DNA of 64,000 nucleotides from Octopus sinensis (Eukaryota): NCBI RefSeq assembly GCF_006345805.1, contig NC_043018.1, positions 14,384,001 to 14,448,000 of the forward strand, read 5' to 3'. Shown piece by piece: positions 23,842 to 39,694 of this stretch (position 1 is its first letter; each line of letters starts with the position of its first letter). The notes under the pieces were generated by a model. It saw only the letters and a program-made list of their open reading frames with translations, ran no database searches and was not told where the DNA came from. The position numbers and the translations under genes were made by a program.

Positions 23842-26800
23842 CTGTAAATACAAAATATAGTAGAGAATACAAAATATTATTAAACTAGCAGAGATACCCG
23901 GCGTTGCTCGTGTTACATGCAATTGAAGAATTAGACTTTTCTGTTATATTTTCTGTAATGAACTGGAATACCTATGATTCGAATTCTTCAAAATTGCAGA
24001 TGAGCGTTGTTTCCCTCTTTACACACCCTAAAAAATTGTAATCGTGCTACATGTCTCCCATACTACTGAATTTTATGCGCATATTCCAAAATTCCAGTCT
24101 TATCGAACCTGTTAAAAGGATTTTGCTCCTGAAAAAATGAAGATCATGGAGCTCTAAAATGTGAGAGTTAAGGCCCCTGTTGGGCGTGGTGTCTTAATGT
24201 CAGGAAGAGAAGTTGCATTGTTGAGAATCTTTTTAACTGGGTCTTATAACTATTGTTTGAATTTCTTTGAAATAGGAAATATATGTTCACTGGGTGAACG
24301 AAAAGACGAATGATCACAATAAGCAGTCAGCTACCCTACCCTAGTCGTTACCACTTCCAAAGTAGGCTTTCTCACCATCCAGGTGACAGGCACAGCCGTT
24401 AGATGCATTATGGATCTATAGCAATTGGAAGGGCGTGACCCAACTGAAATAAACATTAACAACTGTGTGACGTGAGGGCTAAGAAGAAATGAAAATGTCA
24501 CCTGTGGAGATGGCAAATGACCACTACACTGATACGTAACTGGGCAGAATAAATTTGCAATCTATAAACGTCTTTGAATAACAAGTCACACATCTGGGAA
24601 GGCCTTGAAATCAGTGTTACCATCTGGGGACTATGTGTGACCCAGTGATAATAAAAAGACTGAAAGAAGGTCTGCAATCAAATAACTTTACTCAACACTT
24701 TGCAACTGAAGCAGTGGAGGCAAAGATGCCTGTCATTTACTTGACAATTTATGCAGCACATTGCAGAAATCACGATGTAAGTGTATGTGAAAGCAAACTG
24801 TTACACTTTTGCACACCATTGAATTACAAATAATTCTCATCTTTTATGCTCTGGTAACCATACAGCTTCTAAGAGCACAACTGTATTCGTTTTTGCTTAG
24901 ATAAAATGACAAAATTGTGGGTGTTAGTCCCCATGGAGGGGTCTTTCTAACTTGTAAGAAGATGAAATTTTTTAAAAATTACTTCATTTGTGTCTAATAT
25001 CTACGTTTAAAATTTTATCAACAGGAAAAATATATGAATTGTCATGGAGGTTATGGCCCTTATGCATAGAATATAATATCCAAATTTCATAAAGATCCAT
25101 TCAGTACTTTTGACCTAGTTTTGGATCATAATAGACATGACTAAAATTTGGGAAGTTAAGGCCGCCATTAGGGTGTTATAATATATATATATATATACAC
25201 ACACCCACACAAAGATAAATTGATAGATACAACTGAGTGGGCAAACAAAAATATGAGACACAGCCTAGTGCTTTTTTTATGTTGATAAGCCTGGTACTTA
25301 TTCTATTAGTTTGTTCTTGTGAAACCAATAAGTTATAGGGATGTAAATAATGAACAGCAGTTGTGAAGCAGTGATGAGGGTGAAACACAGAGACAAAGAT
25401 ACACACATACACTTACATATATACATACATATATATAGATTGATTTGTTTCAGTTCCTGTCTACGAAATCCATATATATACATAACACACATACACAAAG
25501 ATAATTGAGAGATACAACTGGGCAAACAAAATAAATGAGACACTGCATAGTCGGTTTTTATTTTGATATTCCTGGTACTTATTCTATCAGTTTCCTCTGA
25601 CACCAGTAAGTTATGGGGATTTAAATAAACGAACACTAGTTGTGAAGCAGTGATGAGGGAGAAACGCAAGACACACTCATAGACTTACATTTATATATAC
25701 ATATATATACAATTCATTTCTTCCTTTCAGTTTCTGTCTACAAAATCCACTGACAAGGCTTTGGTTGGTCTGAGGCTATAGCAGAAGACACATGCCAAGT
25801 TCCACACAGTGTGACTGAACTGAGGACCAGTGTTTTGGAACCAGATTGTTACCACACATCACAGCACATCATGCACCTATGTATGTGTGTGTGTGTGTGG
25901 AAGGTCACATTGACACACAACAAAGCCGGCAGCCCAAATGAAAGCACAGAGTTTAGAGAAAGCTATTGGCTCATTTCTTGCCCAAAACTTATGCACAAAC
26001 TGAATGCTGCCACATTCCTTCCTTCACTACCATTTCGAGCCAACGACATGATGACTGATGTACAGGAAGGTGAAAAGAGCGAGTGGGGGATGCCGGACAG
26101 ATTTTCAGAATCAAACCTCAACTGTTTGAAGTGAACGAAAGAAAAACCGTTGGAAACTTGCAACAGTATCGCTTGATTGTGGACATTCTATTTCCCCATT
26201 ATATCCTGTTACTTTGAAGACATCACACATAGGATCAACAGCTACCAAAAAATTCAATGTACTACCGCCTATGCGACACGACGTTTGTCGCCAACACAAG
26301 AGAACAATGCCATTCCGTAGTAAGATTGTCCTGGAATGTATAGTGAAACCTGTTGTTACATACATACATAGACTCAACGAACGATGCTGGTGGAATATTA
26401 ACATCAGAATATCTTCAATGTAAAAATAACCGGTCGGATAACATAACTGAAGCAAGCAAGAAAATGCAAAAACTGTCATAGAGATCTCGGTCTTGCTCGC
26501 ATGAATATCTCTTTGGAAACCAAAGAGGAAGGATGGTACCACTGGACAACTGTTTGCAAACGCTTTCAGCTTCTGTTGGTTGTCCGGAATGTTCGGGCCG
26601 ATTTTAAAGGAAAGAAAAAGGTCAATAAATACTTGCCCATTACATTTTTAAATCAACCAAATAGGACCCTTTTTGTTTCACAATGATCTCCATCTTTCAT
26701 TTAACTTGAAAATAACCTTTTCCCAGAATTGAAGTGGTTTCATGGCAAAGAATTCATCAAGGTATCCTTTAGTCACCCAAGGAATTGAAATTTTTACCAT

Positions 26801-26981
26801 TAAGACTATTCTGCAGGGACCTAAATAAGTGAAAATCCGAATGAGCAATATCTGGTGAATATGCAGCCGAGCTGCAGCAATTTTTGTTTGATCCCAAAGC
26901 ATCAAGTGCCGAAAAATGAACTTTCTTATCTTGCCAATACTAAATTAATTACATTTGTATGACGTACATTTGTTGTTCTAC

Positions 26982-27029
26982 CTTTCCTTCTCTCTACTCA
27001 ACCTGTCTCTTGATGGAAGGGAGCGACAT
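26982..27029 (-). CDS. G2 propeptide exon (DVAPFHQETG[L]SREKE), one nucleotide short
   Basis: 48 nt versus 49 nt in G3; a T is missing in ggtt(t)gag; donor gtagaa. Confidence 0.5.
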
Positions 27030-27128
27030 CTAAAAGAGATATTAAAATATATATGGAAGAAGTAAATATCCATTTACCGATATTTCGTGTGGAAATACAC
27101 AAAATACCCATGAAGTACTCAACAGGTA

Positions 27129-27908
27129 ATTCATTGAATAGAGGAGTATGTATCAAATGGAGGATAATGTATAATTCATTGATAGAGGAATGTATCAAAT
27201 GGAGGATAATGTATACTTCATTGAATAGAGAGAAATGTATCAAATGAGGATAATGTATAATTCATTGAATAGAGGAGAATGTATCAAATGGAGATAATGT
27301 ATAATTCATTAATAGAGAGAATGTATCAAATGGAGGATAATTATGATTCATTGAATAGAGGAGAATGTATCAAATAGAGGATAATGTATAATTCATTGAA
27401 TAGAGGAGAATGTATCAAATGGAGGATAATGTATAATTCATTGAATAGAGAGAATGTATCAAATGGAGGATAATGTCTAATTCATTGAATAGAGGAGAAT
27501 GTATCAAATGGAGGATAATGTATAATTCATTGAATAGAGGAGAATGTATCAAATGGAGGATAATGTATAATTCATTGAATAGAGGAGAATGTATCAAATG
27601 GAGGATAATGTATGATTCATTGAATAGAGGAGAATGTATCAAATGGAGGATAATGTATAATCATTGAATAGAGGAGAATGTAATCAAATGGAGGATAATG
27701 TATAATTTATTGAATAGAGGAGAATGTATCAAATGGAGGATAATGTATAATTCATTGAATAGAGGAGAATGTATCAAATCGAGGATAATGTATAATTCAT
27801 TGAATAGAGGAGAATGTATCAAATGGAGGATAATGTATAATTCATTGAATAGAGGAGGTTGTAATCAAATGGAGGATATGTATAATTCATTGAATAGAGG
27901 AGAATGTA
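27129..27908. repeat. 45-bp minisatellite, ~17 units
   Basis: Same unit as 3625-3876. Confidence 0.97.
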
Positions 27909-28338
27909 TTTATGGTAACACCATCTGAAACAAGATGAGGGATCATGACGACCGGAACTCGATTTCCTCACTCATACACTTAAATATGGCCTCATCTCTG
28001 TAGTGATGGATGTTTTTTAATACACAAAAGAGATAAAAACCAATAAAGAGCAATAAAAAGGAATGGCAAGAAAACAACAAAACAACACATGAAACATTAT
28101 ATACATCATTTGCTGATTCTCTTCCCTTAATTAATTTAATAATGAAGAATTCTAAAGAGCGTCGGCGTGTGTGAAAAGAATCGTTAGCTCGACAAAATAT
28201 GCTTAGAGGAATTTCGTTCGTGCTATGTCTGATCAAATAAAGGCGTAACAGATGAGAGCACACCACTAGAATTCTTCTCGATTTGTATATAACAAGATTC
28301 GTCAGTTATTATTGTTTATTAAATGTCATATATTATAT

Positions 28339-28515
28339 AGAAGAAGCGTAAATCCGTATACTCGGTCTAAGAGTAGTGTATATAAAAAGTGAGTTATTTA
28401 TTTGAAAGCTGTTAAAACATAAGTCACTATAGAAGAAGGTAAATCCGTATACTCGGTCTAAGAGTAGTGTATATAAAAGTGAGGTATTTATTTGAAAGCT
28501 GTTTTTTTAAAACAT
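28339..28515. repeat. G2-specific ~90-bp tandem duplication in the intron
   Basis: tagaagaag.gtaaatccgtatactcggtctaagagtag...gaaagctgtt occurs twice; single in G1 and G3. Confidence 0.9.
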
Positions 28516-28648
28516 ATAAATGGAGTATAAACCGAAAGACCGCTGAGGGTAGCTTATTCATTTTCCTCTTTCCACCTTTTCTGTTTTCCCCTTTTTCCCC
28601 CTACATTTCAAATTATTATAAAATAAAAGATTTTACAATTATACTTAC

Positions 28649-28717
28649 TTGTTTAACCGAGAAGGTGTATGAAATGAATACACCAAACAATAGGACACTG
28701 ATGCCTTCATCACGCAC
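28649..28717 (-). CDS. G2 signal-peptide exon (VRDEGISVLLFGVFISYTFSVKQ), one nucleotide short
   Basis: Acceptor tcatcag, donor gtaagt; 69 nt versus 70 nt, missing an A in the terminal A run. Confidence 0.55.
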
Positions 28718-29849
28718 CTGATGATCCAACCATATAGCAGTGAGAGTCATTAATAGAAAAGCATTTTTTCTTACAAAAAGAAGCAGAAGTCTACAGCTGA
28801 AGTTTAGGTAACAATTATCTTTTAGCTGTTCTGAAAATCCAAAATTTACCATTTAAACAATTAGTAATATAGCTAATTTAATTGCCCCAATAGTACTAAT
28901 GTAGATTTAATTGCACCAAAAATACGAATCTAAGTATATATTTTGGTGAAGACGACGCCTTCGAAGCGTTTGTCCGTAAACATTCTCCATACTGTTAACA
29001 CTGAATGAATGTTCTTACTTCAAGGTTTTCTGACTTCTATATTATTATTATTTCTGTCGCAAACAAATATGTAAGGTGTCACTTTGTATCTGACAGAATG
29101 TTCTTTGTGAAATGTACACTGTCAAAAGTATTTTTTCTCTATTTTCTATAACCAAAATCAGTCTTTGCTGCACATTTCACTGCATATTTGATTAAACGTG
29201 TTGCAACCGGCAGTATCTAACACCATACCTGAGTAAACATAATGGTTTTTGTTATTAAACCACATGTGTCATTTGATCCATCCATACACACAAACTTAAG
29301 CAATCGACCTTTTCTGAAATACAACACTATCTGAAAGAGCATAATATTACGTATGAGTTTAATTAACGGCCTCTCTAATTTCTTTTATTCTATTCAGCTA
29401 CTAATCTCGGCAAGGAAGAACTAGGCAAAGAAATCGATGAACAGGGTACTCCAGGTATACACTTATACCAGAAGAATGTTATGCATGGTACACATACGGC
29501 AATTACAAACGGTTTTAAACTCTACCACTACCACCACTCATCATTACCATAACATACTCTGTCTATTGCTATTACTTAATCACAAACAGCCACAATGAAT
29601 AATTTAAATTTTACATACTTGTTAGATTCGAACGGTTTATTATACAAAGAGCTCAGTAGACTTTCTCAGGTGCAAAGTTGAAACTGGTTGATGATGATGA
29701 TTGTGTAGTGGTAGTTATTCAGTGGACAGATTTAAACAGTCCTTACTCGAGCTGTCGTTTCCTCTGGTCTTTCTGAATTTGCACTCCTCACGTCTTTCTT
29801 TTTATATTTACACACATGCTCGCGCATTCATTTAAGATCACATGTGGTG

Positions 29850-29894
<45 letters not shown>

Positions 29895-30146
29895 ATACCA
29901 CGTCTAACATATACGTTTGTGTATGTGTGTGTGTGTGTGTCTACTCTTTATGCACCTTAGAACACCATCATAGCATCTGATGTGGCTTTTTCACCCAGAC
30001 AATGTTTTTGAAAAGACACACCAGAGATTACACTTCCGATTTGGCCCACCAAGAGATGAGATAAGTCTGTATGTCTGTATGTATGTATGTATGTATGGCT
30101 GGATCGATGGATGTACATTATATAATATGTATACGTATATATATAG

Positions 30147-30185
<39 letters not shown>

Positions 30186-30271
30186 TACATATACATATAC
30201 ATCCATCCATACATACATACAAATATTATATATATGTATATATACATATATACGTGTATATATATAAGTAT

Positions 30272-30314
<43 letters not shown>

Positions 30315-30452
30315 TATATATTATATATTTATACATATATATATATATATATAAAGACTTGTTTTATTTATATTTCTTGAGCGCCATACTAATACAATTG
30401 TTGTTTGTTTTCCACCTGCCTTCGTCTTTTGTCTATTTTCATAAAGCTTCCC

Positions 30453-30502
<50 letters not shown>

Positions 30503-31607
30503 ATAGCAACAGCATGATTTATACGAATTGATTCAATATTTTAAAAACTCCTTGTTATGCAACAGCTGTGTGAAATAGTGAATAGAAAACGTCATTAGAA
30601 GCTATATCAAATTTATGTCCCAAGTTAGGCCAACGTTCACCTTGGGAGACGTCAAAAATTTTGAATTGAAACACGATAATGCTTATATGTTGCATTTTTA
30701 CACGCCAATACATAAACAGAAGATACAAATATTACAGGCATTGCCCCACACACAACACTTACTAATGCATAGACGCACATAGGGAATATACGCATGCGCA
30801 AATGAAGACACGGACAATAGAAATACAAAATGGCCTGACCGTTAGTAAGGAGAGACACACAAATACGAAAGAAGAAAGCAAAAGGACCACTGATGCGGTC
30901 ACAGAACTGTGACGAAAGAACTTTGGCCGAAATAAGATTATGTTTAATGTAAAAAATAAATAACACTGAAAAAGTAACACCCAAATATATAGTGCGTGTG
31001 TTTTTATTATTCGAACGGGTGTAAAATGACCATTCCGAAATGCAACAATATCTGTTTCAACACATGATTCACATAAAAATCTTGCCCACAAATATATATA
31101 AACGTAATAATAATAAAATAATCATAATAATAATATAATAATAATAATAATATTATAATAATAATGTACAATAATAATAATACTAAATAATAATAATAAT
31201 AATATTAATGATAATTATAATAATAATAATAATAATAATAATACTATAATAGTAATAATAAATAATATTATTAGTAAAATAATATAATATAATAATCATG
31301 ATAATAATAATAATAATAATGATAATTACTAATAATAATAATAATAATATTAATAAGGATATAATAATAATAATAATAATAGTAATAATAATAATATTAA
31401 TAATAATAATAATAGTAATAATGATGATAATAATAATAATAATAATAATATAGTAATAATAAAAATAATAATGATGATAATAATTAATAAGAAGAAGACG
31501 AAGAAGAAGAAGAAGAAAAAGAAGAAGAAGAAGAGAAAGCAGAAGAAGAAGAAGAAGAAGAAGAAGAAGAAAATTAATAATAATAATAATAATGAATTAA
31601 ATAATAC

Positions 31608-31653
<46 letters not shown>

Positions 31654-31670
31654 TAATAATAATAATAATT

Positions 31671-32068
31671 GATGGTATAGGCACACACTAGAAAAAGGTC
31701 ACAGAAAACGAGAAAGCAACATCCTCTGGGATATGCCGTGACCACACATGGAGAAACTCTCAAAATACAAAGACCTGGAATAGAGTAGGTAACTAGAATG
31801 TGGAACCTGAAAACAGAAACAATTCCTATCATAGTAGGTGCATTAGGCATGATAAAAAAATATTCAGACAAATATATAACAAAAACACCAGGACTTACAA
31901 ACACATATAACATACAGAAAATTGAACTACTAGGCACTGCACACATCCTACGCAGAACACTTTCCATACAATAACCATCAGAGCATCACAACAAATCACA
32001 GCACATACCCAAGGCACACAGAGCTGCGCTCGGTAGTGAAGTGAAAGCACGCTATAAAAATAAAACTA

Positions 32069-32071
<3 letters not shown>
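31671..32071 (+). mobile_element. Internally deleted 3' fragment of the Dong/R4-like element inserted into (AAT)n; copy-2 specific
   Basis: EKLSKYKDL...IPIIVGALG; the paralogous microsatellite at 6873-7445 is empty. Confidence 0.88.
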
Positions 32072-32139
<68 letters not shown>

Positions 32140-32504
32140 GGAAGGCGGCTGGACATGACAGAAGCTGGACGTGTTTTTTTCGCTGCTCTGACCTGGCAGC
32201 AGCTAACCCAGCAGGACAACTGAAAAAACATCTGTAAAAAAACTGGAAGATCTACTGTTTTCTGTGAGTAATTTGAATTTCCCTCAAAATAAGTTAAGGA
32301 ACTTCCATATCTACAGCTTAGGACATACAACCGAACACCTAACAAAACAATTAGAAACATAAACATCTCCAATTTGTGTGAACATTTTGTTTCTCTTCTT
32401 CTTGATTATCAGAATATGTAAATTGCCTTTTATTGAAACAACACAATTAAATGCACGATTAAAAAATTATGGAAGTAAGCACCTGCTATATATACAAACG
32501 ATGC

Positions 32505-32540
<36 letters not shown>

Positions 32541-33056
32541 TATATAATATATAATATTCAGAAATTTAAAAATCATCAACGTGAATATCAGATAATATGT
32601 GTGTGTGAGTATACATACATATACATATACATATGTGTGTGTGAGTACACGTATACATGTGTGTGTGGGTATATATATATATATATACATAGTCTTTTTT
32701 TCTCTTCCTACCATTAATTACAAATATAACAAGCTGAAAAAAGTAAACAGGTTTGACCTCTGCTGACCATGAATGTCCTTTGTCCCTTGGGCTATCTCTC
32801 CACCATCCGCTGAATCTATTTATGGACCCATAGAGCATGACCTCTTCACCAATCACTGCCCCAAACAATGGTAGTAGTGGTGGTGATGGTGATAATGATA
32901 AAAACAAAAATAACAATAAGATACTGTTGGTACTACACATAAAACAATATCATTGATGATGATGGTGCTGATGGTGATGGTGATGATGATAATAATGATA
33001 GTAATAGTGCTGATAATCTATCTATCCATCTACACACACGTACACACACACACGCG

Positions 33057-33090
<34 letters not shown>

Positions 33091-33308
33091 GAGTTCAGCC
33101 AACACAAACCTCACCTCCGCTCTTTAGATGTTAAGCAAATATGAAAGTATCATCTGACCGCCAGCCAGCCAACCACCCAGCCAGCCAACGAGACAGACAG
33201 ACAGACACACAACTCAACCCGCTGCCAACGTACTGTGATGGTGATAATGATTAAAACAAAAATAACAATAATAAGATACTGCTGTGACTACACATAAAAC
33301 AATATCAT

Positions 33309-33342
<34 letters not shown>

Positions 33343-35364
33343 AGTGATGGTGATGATGATAATAATGATAGTAATAATGGTGATAATAATAATTGTGATA
33401 ATAATGGTGATAATAATAAGCCGGCTTCGGCTGCTATAATGGTACGATTATAATTGTAACGGCAATGATGGCCGTCTCCCTCCGAGTCACTCAAAGCTCA
33501 AAAATATACCGGATATTGTTGTGAAAGACCAAAACAATAAAGTCTGCTTATTGATCGACATGACCATCCCCTGTGATCATAATATCTCGGCGAAAGAGTT
33601 TGACAAGCTCAGAAAATATAAAGACCTGCTCGTTGAAATTGAGAAAATGTGGCATCTCAAGGCGGTTACAATACCAGTGATCGTAGGAGCACTAGGAATG
33701 ATCAAGAAGGGAACCGAAAGTAATATGAGAATGATCCCTGGCTAACCCATCCTGCAAGAAGTGCAAAAGATTGTCTTAACTGGTACATCACACGTATTGA
33801 GAAGAGCAGTGTCGATGTGAGAGAACTATTACTACCATGTATTTTAATTAAACTTAAAAAAAAATGAAGGACAAGTGAGTTTAGTTTAATGGCCTACCAA
33901 TGTATACTATGTGTTTCTTTGCCCTGGGAGTCGGGAAGACACTCGCAAGAAATGGAAACAAATTTGAAAAAAAGAAGAAAAAAAGATAGCAATAATAATA
34001 ATTAAATAATAATAAAAATAATAAAAATAATAAATGCTGGAGTCGATTCGTTTGACTAAATTCTTTGAAGCAATGGTCTAGCATGACTGTAATCTCATGA
34101 GTGACAAATTAAAAGACGCTTCAAACAATTGATAGCAAACATTAAGATGTCATTGCGATCATAAAATTCATCCGAAGGTTATGAAGCTTCATTCGATATT
34201 GAAGGTAGTGAATATTTTGATTTTGCAGGAAGTTTTGTTTGAAATATTTAAGATGTAGCACATAATTGTAACTTAAGAGTGTAAAATATGTACTTGGCGA
34301 TTTGTAAGCGCAAATCAAAGATTTCATTTCATTCTTGCTTTTGTTATCCCTATAATATTATATTCTTTTAATGATTTTCTGCTTGTTCAGTCATTGAAAT
34401 ATATAGCACTAATCTCTAGCCTAAAGGTTTTTATTCGCTTATTAACAACCGATTTGTATTAACCAACAGCAAAAAGTAGAAATGCCGGATTTCATCCACA
34501 ATTTACAGACTACAATGAGGCACATCCTCCAAACACAATCGAAGAATCTCAAGGGAAATTTGAAAAACTTGGTGTGGCTATTAAAATTCACAACAGAACC
34601 TGCGTAAATGTGGAAGTGGAGCGTGTGCCTCTCAGTTGGAGGCCTAAAAAGACATGCTAAGAGAGTGCATATGGTGGCACCTGTTTCTCCTGCCAGCCAG
34701 CACAGTTGTCCAGTAAGTAATTAAATGTGTAAAAGCTTGACTAGGCTTAAAACTCATATAAGGGCATCACATGGCAACAATAATGAATCATTTCAGTAAA
34801 TCTTCTTGCCCATGGCTTTACTCGTGTAACGAGAATGCAGCTGTGATATATGTATATATGGTGTGTGCGTGTGTGTGTGTACATTCTGTTATTTCGGCCA
34901 CTAGTCATTTCCCCAACTGCTGCCAACGAATCTAGTCAACACACAAGACAGCTATTATGATCCACCTCACAAAAAACCCATCACGTGGACTCTGTTGAGA
35001 CTCGTAAAGAAACAATTATAAACTTTTTTTTATTACACTTAACTTTTAAAAAATTTTTTGATAAGGTTCGTTTTTTCAAGAAAAACCGAAACATGAAAAA
35101 TGAAATATATGAAATATATACCCACTCGTATACCACCCACACCTATTATAAATATACATATAGTAAAGGTTGTTTGCCAACATAAAGTGACAGCTGAATG
35201 TTACTATTGTTTAGCCCCAGGAAACATCGTCTTCTGGAGCTGAAGAAGATTAACATTCGACTGCTGTGTTTTGTTGGCAATTAACCTTTATTCTAGAGTA
35301 CTCTTAGGGAATCTATTATTGTTGATAGTTTTACAAATACGAATTTTCCATTTATGTATGTATG

Positions 35365-35405
<41 letters not shown>

Positions 35406-35412
35406 TATATAT

Positions 35413-35475
<63 letters not shown>

Positions 35476-36450
35476 TATATATTAAACAATAGCACGATTT
35501 ATGCGATGTTAGTTTGTGTAGTTCATGTACCTAGAACAGCTGTGAGAAATAGTAATAAAAAAATTTAAGTTTAAGCAATATCAAATTATGTCCTCCGTTA
35601 CGGTCAATGTTCTTCAGTGGGGACATGAATCTTTTGAATAAAAAAACGACAATGTCTATAAGCTGTTTTTTACCACGCCGACGTATACTGATCCCAGAAA
35701 ATCGCTGCTTCCAAATTGTTGCTTAAATACATGTTATTCCTGCTCTAGCAGACACATTATCGAAGACATTAAAAACTAATTGCAAAAATAGTTATAAGTT
35801 CTAATGCAAATATATAATTGAGGTAGGAATAAAATTTCAGAAGTATTTTCATTATTGTTCTTGATAAAGTGGGAAAAGGACAAATTTTTGGAGAAACTTA
35901 CTACAAATATAACGCTTGTAATATCCAACAGTAATATTTTCAATTGTTTCTTAGCAACTGATATGCATAACCAAAAAACAAAAACTAGAAAAGCTGGAGT
36001 GCATCCAAAGAGTAAAGACTAAAATAATGCATATTCTGCAAATAAAATGGATGGATGTTAAAACGAGAATTGTAAATCCTTAAGGGTATTCTCTCTTTTT
36101 GGTTCTGCGGCGTACGCATGCGCACAGGCAACAAACAAATGAAGCTTATACAGACTCTTCGGCTGTACGGCATGCGCACAGGCAACAAACAAATAAGGCT
36201 TATACAGACTCGTTCTACATCTCATCTACTTATTTGCTCATTTACTTGTTCAGTCATTTGACTGCGGCCATGCTGGAGTACCCGCCTTGAGTCGAGCAAA
36301 TCGACCCCAGGGCTTATTCTTTGAAGCCTACTATTTATTCTATCGGCCCTAAGTTACGGGGACTAACACACCACCATCGGTTGCCAAGCGATGCTGTGGG
36401 ACGGGGGCACAAACACACACACACACAGACCACACGCACACACACACACA

Positions 36451-36493
<43 letters not shown>

Positions 36494-36907
36494 TATATAT
36501 ATATATATATAATATATATATATATACATATATACCTATACATATATACATATATTCGACGGGCTTCTTTCAGTTTGCGTCTACTAATCTACTCACAAGG
36601 CCTTGGTCGGCCCGAGGCTAAGGTGCCATGCAGTGGGGATGAACCCGGAACCATGTGGTTGATAAGCAGGCTACTTACCCCGCAGCCACTCCTGCGCCTA
36701 TACAAAACATCATTACCATAACATTTCTGTATATTGTTATTACTAATTTACATACAGCCACAATGAATAATGTGTTAGATTCGAACGGTATTTATATAAG
36801 AGTTCGTGAAATTCCCTTGTGCAAATTCAGACACGTTGTTGATGGTCATATAGGTGATGTTTATCAAGAGAACTGTTGCAACATTTCTTTGCCCAGAGTT
36901 TCATATT

Positions 36908-36960
<53 letters not shown>

Positions 36961-36962
36961 GA

Positions 36963-36993
<31 letters not shown>

Positions 36994-37047
36994 TATAATA
37001 TATATATATAATATAATATATAATATATATAATATATAGATATATAC

Positions 37048-37096
<49 letters not shown>

Positions 37097-37142
37097 ATAT
37101 ATATATATCTATATTATATATGGATTATTACTAGATATCATA

Positions 37143-37181
<39 letters not shown>

Positions 37182-37505
37182 GTGTGTGTGTGAGTGTGTG
37201 TGTGTGCGTGGAGGCGCAATGGCCTACTGATTAGGGCAGCGTACTCGCGGTCGTAGGATCGCGGTTTCGATTCCAGACCGGGCGTTGTGAGTGCTTATTG
37301 AGCGAAAACACCTAAAAGCTACACGATGCTCCGGGAGGGGGGGTGATCCCTGCTGTACTCTTTCACCACTCTTTCTTCTGTTGGCCTGCTCGCTTAGCCA
37401 GCGGGGTCGCGTCATTCGAAGGCTAAAACAATGCGAACGCATTGTGACCAGCGATGTGTAACTACATCTGACGGACTGGACGGTCACGTGATGATGATGA
37501 TGATG

Positions 37506-37544
<39 letters not shown>

Positions 37545-38248
37545 AAATCTGGTCGATTGGAACTTCGAAGCCACAGCATCCCGGAGTCTTGGGTTTTATT
37601 TTTCAAAAGAAACAAGTACAATACGAACCGTTCAAAATCTAAGGTTTATTCCAGGGTTTCTCAAACGGGGTTCAAATAAGATTTTTGGGGGTCTACGGTA
37701 AATTTTCATGGGCCATGAAAAAATGCTTGAGACCAGTAAAGCTTTTGTGCAATGAATTGGTTTATACGTCCAGAATACAAAAAATATTTTAATAATTTTT
37801 ACACGAGTCCTAATAATATTTAATTATAAAATTACAGTAAGATTTTTAAAACGTGGAACGGCTACGGAGACCCCCCACCCGCCCAAGTAAAATAGGAATG
37901 AAAGGGGTTCATAGATAAAAAGTGATGAGAACCCTTGTTTATTCATAGAAGCAAAGGAAAAAAATGATAAGGGACCACTGAATGATTTCAAAGAATTTAT
38001 TTCATAAAATTTATATCATCTTGTAAACTGATTTATTGAGAACATATGACATGAAAAGGTTAACCCTTTTGTCACGAGATTTCTGTAGAAATACATGGTT
38101 TTTATTTCGTTTAATTTTGAAAATGATTAATAATTTAGTGAAATAACTGTCTTGGAATGTTTTCAGTGACCAAGGACCATCATGAACTCTCAACTGATAT
38201 TTGCAACATGAACTAGCATAAAACTTTGAAGGAAAATTTTAATTAAGA

Positions 38249-38542
38249 CTATCAGTATCGCCCGGCGTTGCTCGGGTTTGTAAGGGAAATAACTATATAA
38301 GCATGTTTAGAGAGTTATATAATAGCAAAAAAATGCACTAAAAATGGGAAAAATTATGGTAAATTTTCTTTTTAGATCGTAGACTCATCGTAGACGCGCG
38401 GTAATACCCAGAAGGGCTCGATATGAATCACGACTATAAGATACCCGCTTTTGGTTAAACTGCACCGCAAAATGTGGGAGTAGTTAGGAATCTAAATCGT
38501 AGGAGACAGACACTCACACAACTTCACTTTTATATATAAAGA
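38249..38542 (-). mobile_element. Complete short non-autonomous Helitron
   Basis: 5' TCTTTATATATAAAAG, 3' hairpin cccgagcaacgccggg and a degenerate CTAG. Confidence 0.8.
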
Positions 38543-39694
38543 TTACTTTTAACCCTTTTGTTAGCATATTTCTGCACAACTAGTGTACTTTGGTTTCATT
38601 AAATTTTGAAAAAATGAAGTTTATAAAATAACTTTGTCCTTTCTAAGTCTGTGTTTGGAATACAAATTCACAGGAAATTTCAATGGAAGTATAGGTTCTC
38701 CACCTGGACGGAACGCCAGTCCGTCGCAGGTGAGCTGCAAGATACAGGAGGAAAGAATGAGAGAAATTTGTGGCGAAAGAGTCAGCAGAGGTTCGCCATT
38801 ACCTTCTGCCGGAGCAGCGTGAAGCTTAGGTGTTTTCACTCATAAACACACACATCGCCCGGTCTGAGATTCGAATCCGCGATCCTTCGACCACGAGTCC
38901 GCTGCTCTAACCACTAGGCTAGAATTAGTTGTTATTAAGTGTAATAAAAAGAAGTGAAATAGAACAAGTATGTGCATATTTTAGTTTCTGGCAAAATGAT
39001 TGCCCATGCCCACCACCACTCAGCATCTGTTTCTACCCAGGATTTTACACCCAGAATAGCTGCAAGTGTGTCTATGTGGTAGAAATTTGCTTCCTAGTCA
39101 CAGAGTTTCAGGTTCATCACTATAGAAAATGGGTTATTAGCTAATATTCAATTGGGTATACAACAAAATTTTACTATAGAAATTGTTATTCTGGGTAACT
39201 TTCTGATACCCAGAATAATATTTATAGCAAAATAGTCTTAATTTCATTTAAGGTTATGGGAAACCACAAACTATCCTTTCTTTCGCTTTGTTTACATTTT
39301 GCATAAAGGCGCAGTCTTCTCTCTTGCACACAGCATTGTATTTCTTCTTATGCCCAACTTTTCCCTCAAAATACTAGTGTTGTGTTTCACTTCTACTCTG
39401 ACATTGCACATCCAGCTGAGCATGTTAGGTTTATTCCTCTCTAGCCTTCACATGTCTTCTGCATTTAGGACCCACATCTTACTACCCACTGTGTATGTAT
39501 GTGTGTGTGTGTTACTATCTCTTTTCTTGGGCCTTTGCATGATTTCTGGTCTTTGGGAAACAAGTGAGGGTGTCTGGCTGAAGGTAATCTGCCACAACAA
39601 AATTCCATCTAATCCATGGCTCCATGGAAAATGGATGTTAAACTGATGACGATGATGATAATGGGGAATCTTGCAAAGCAAATGCTAAAATAAG

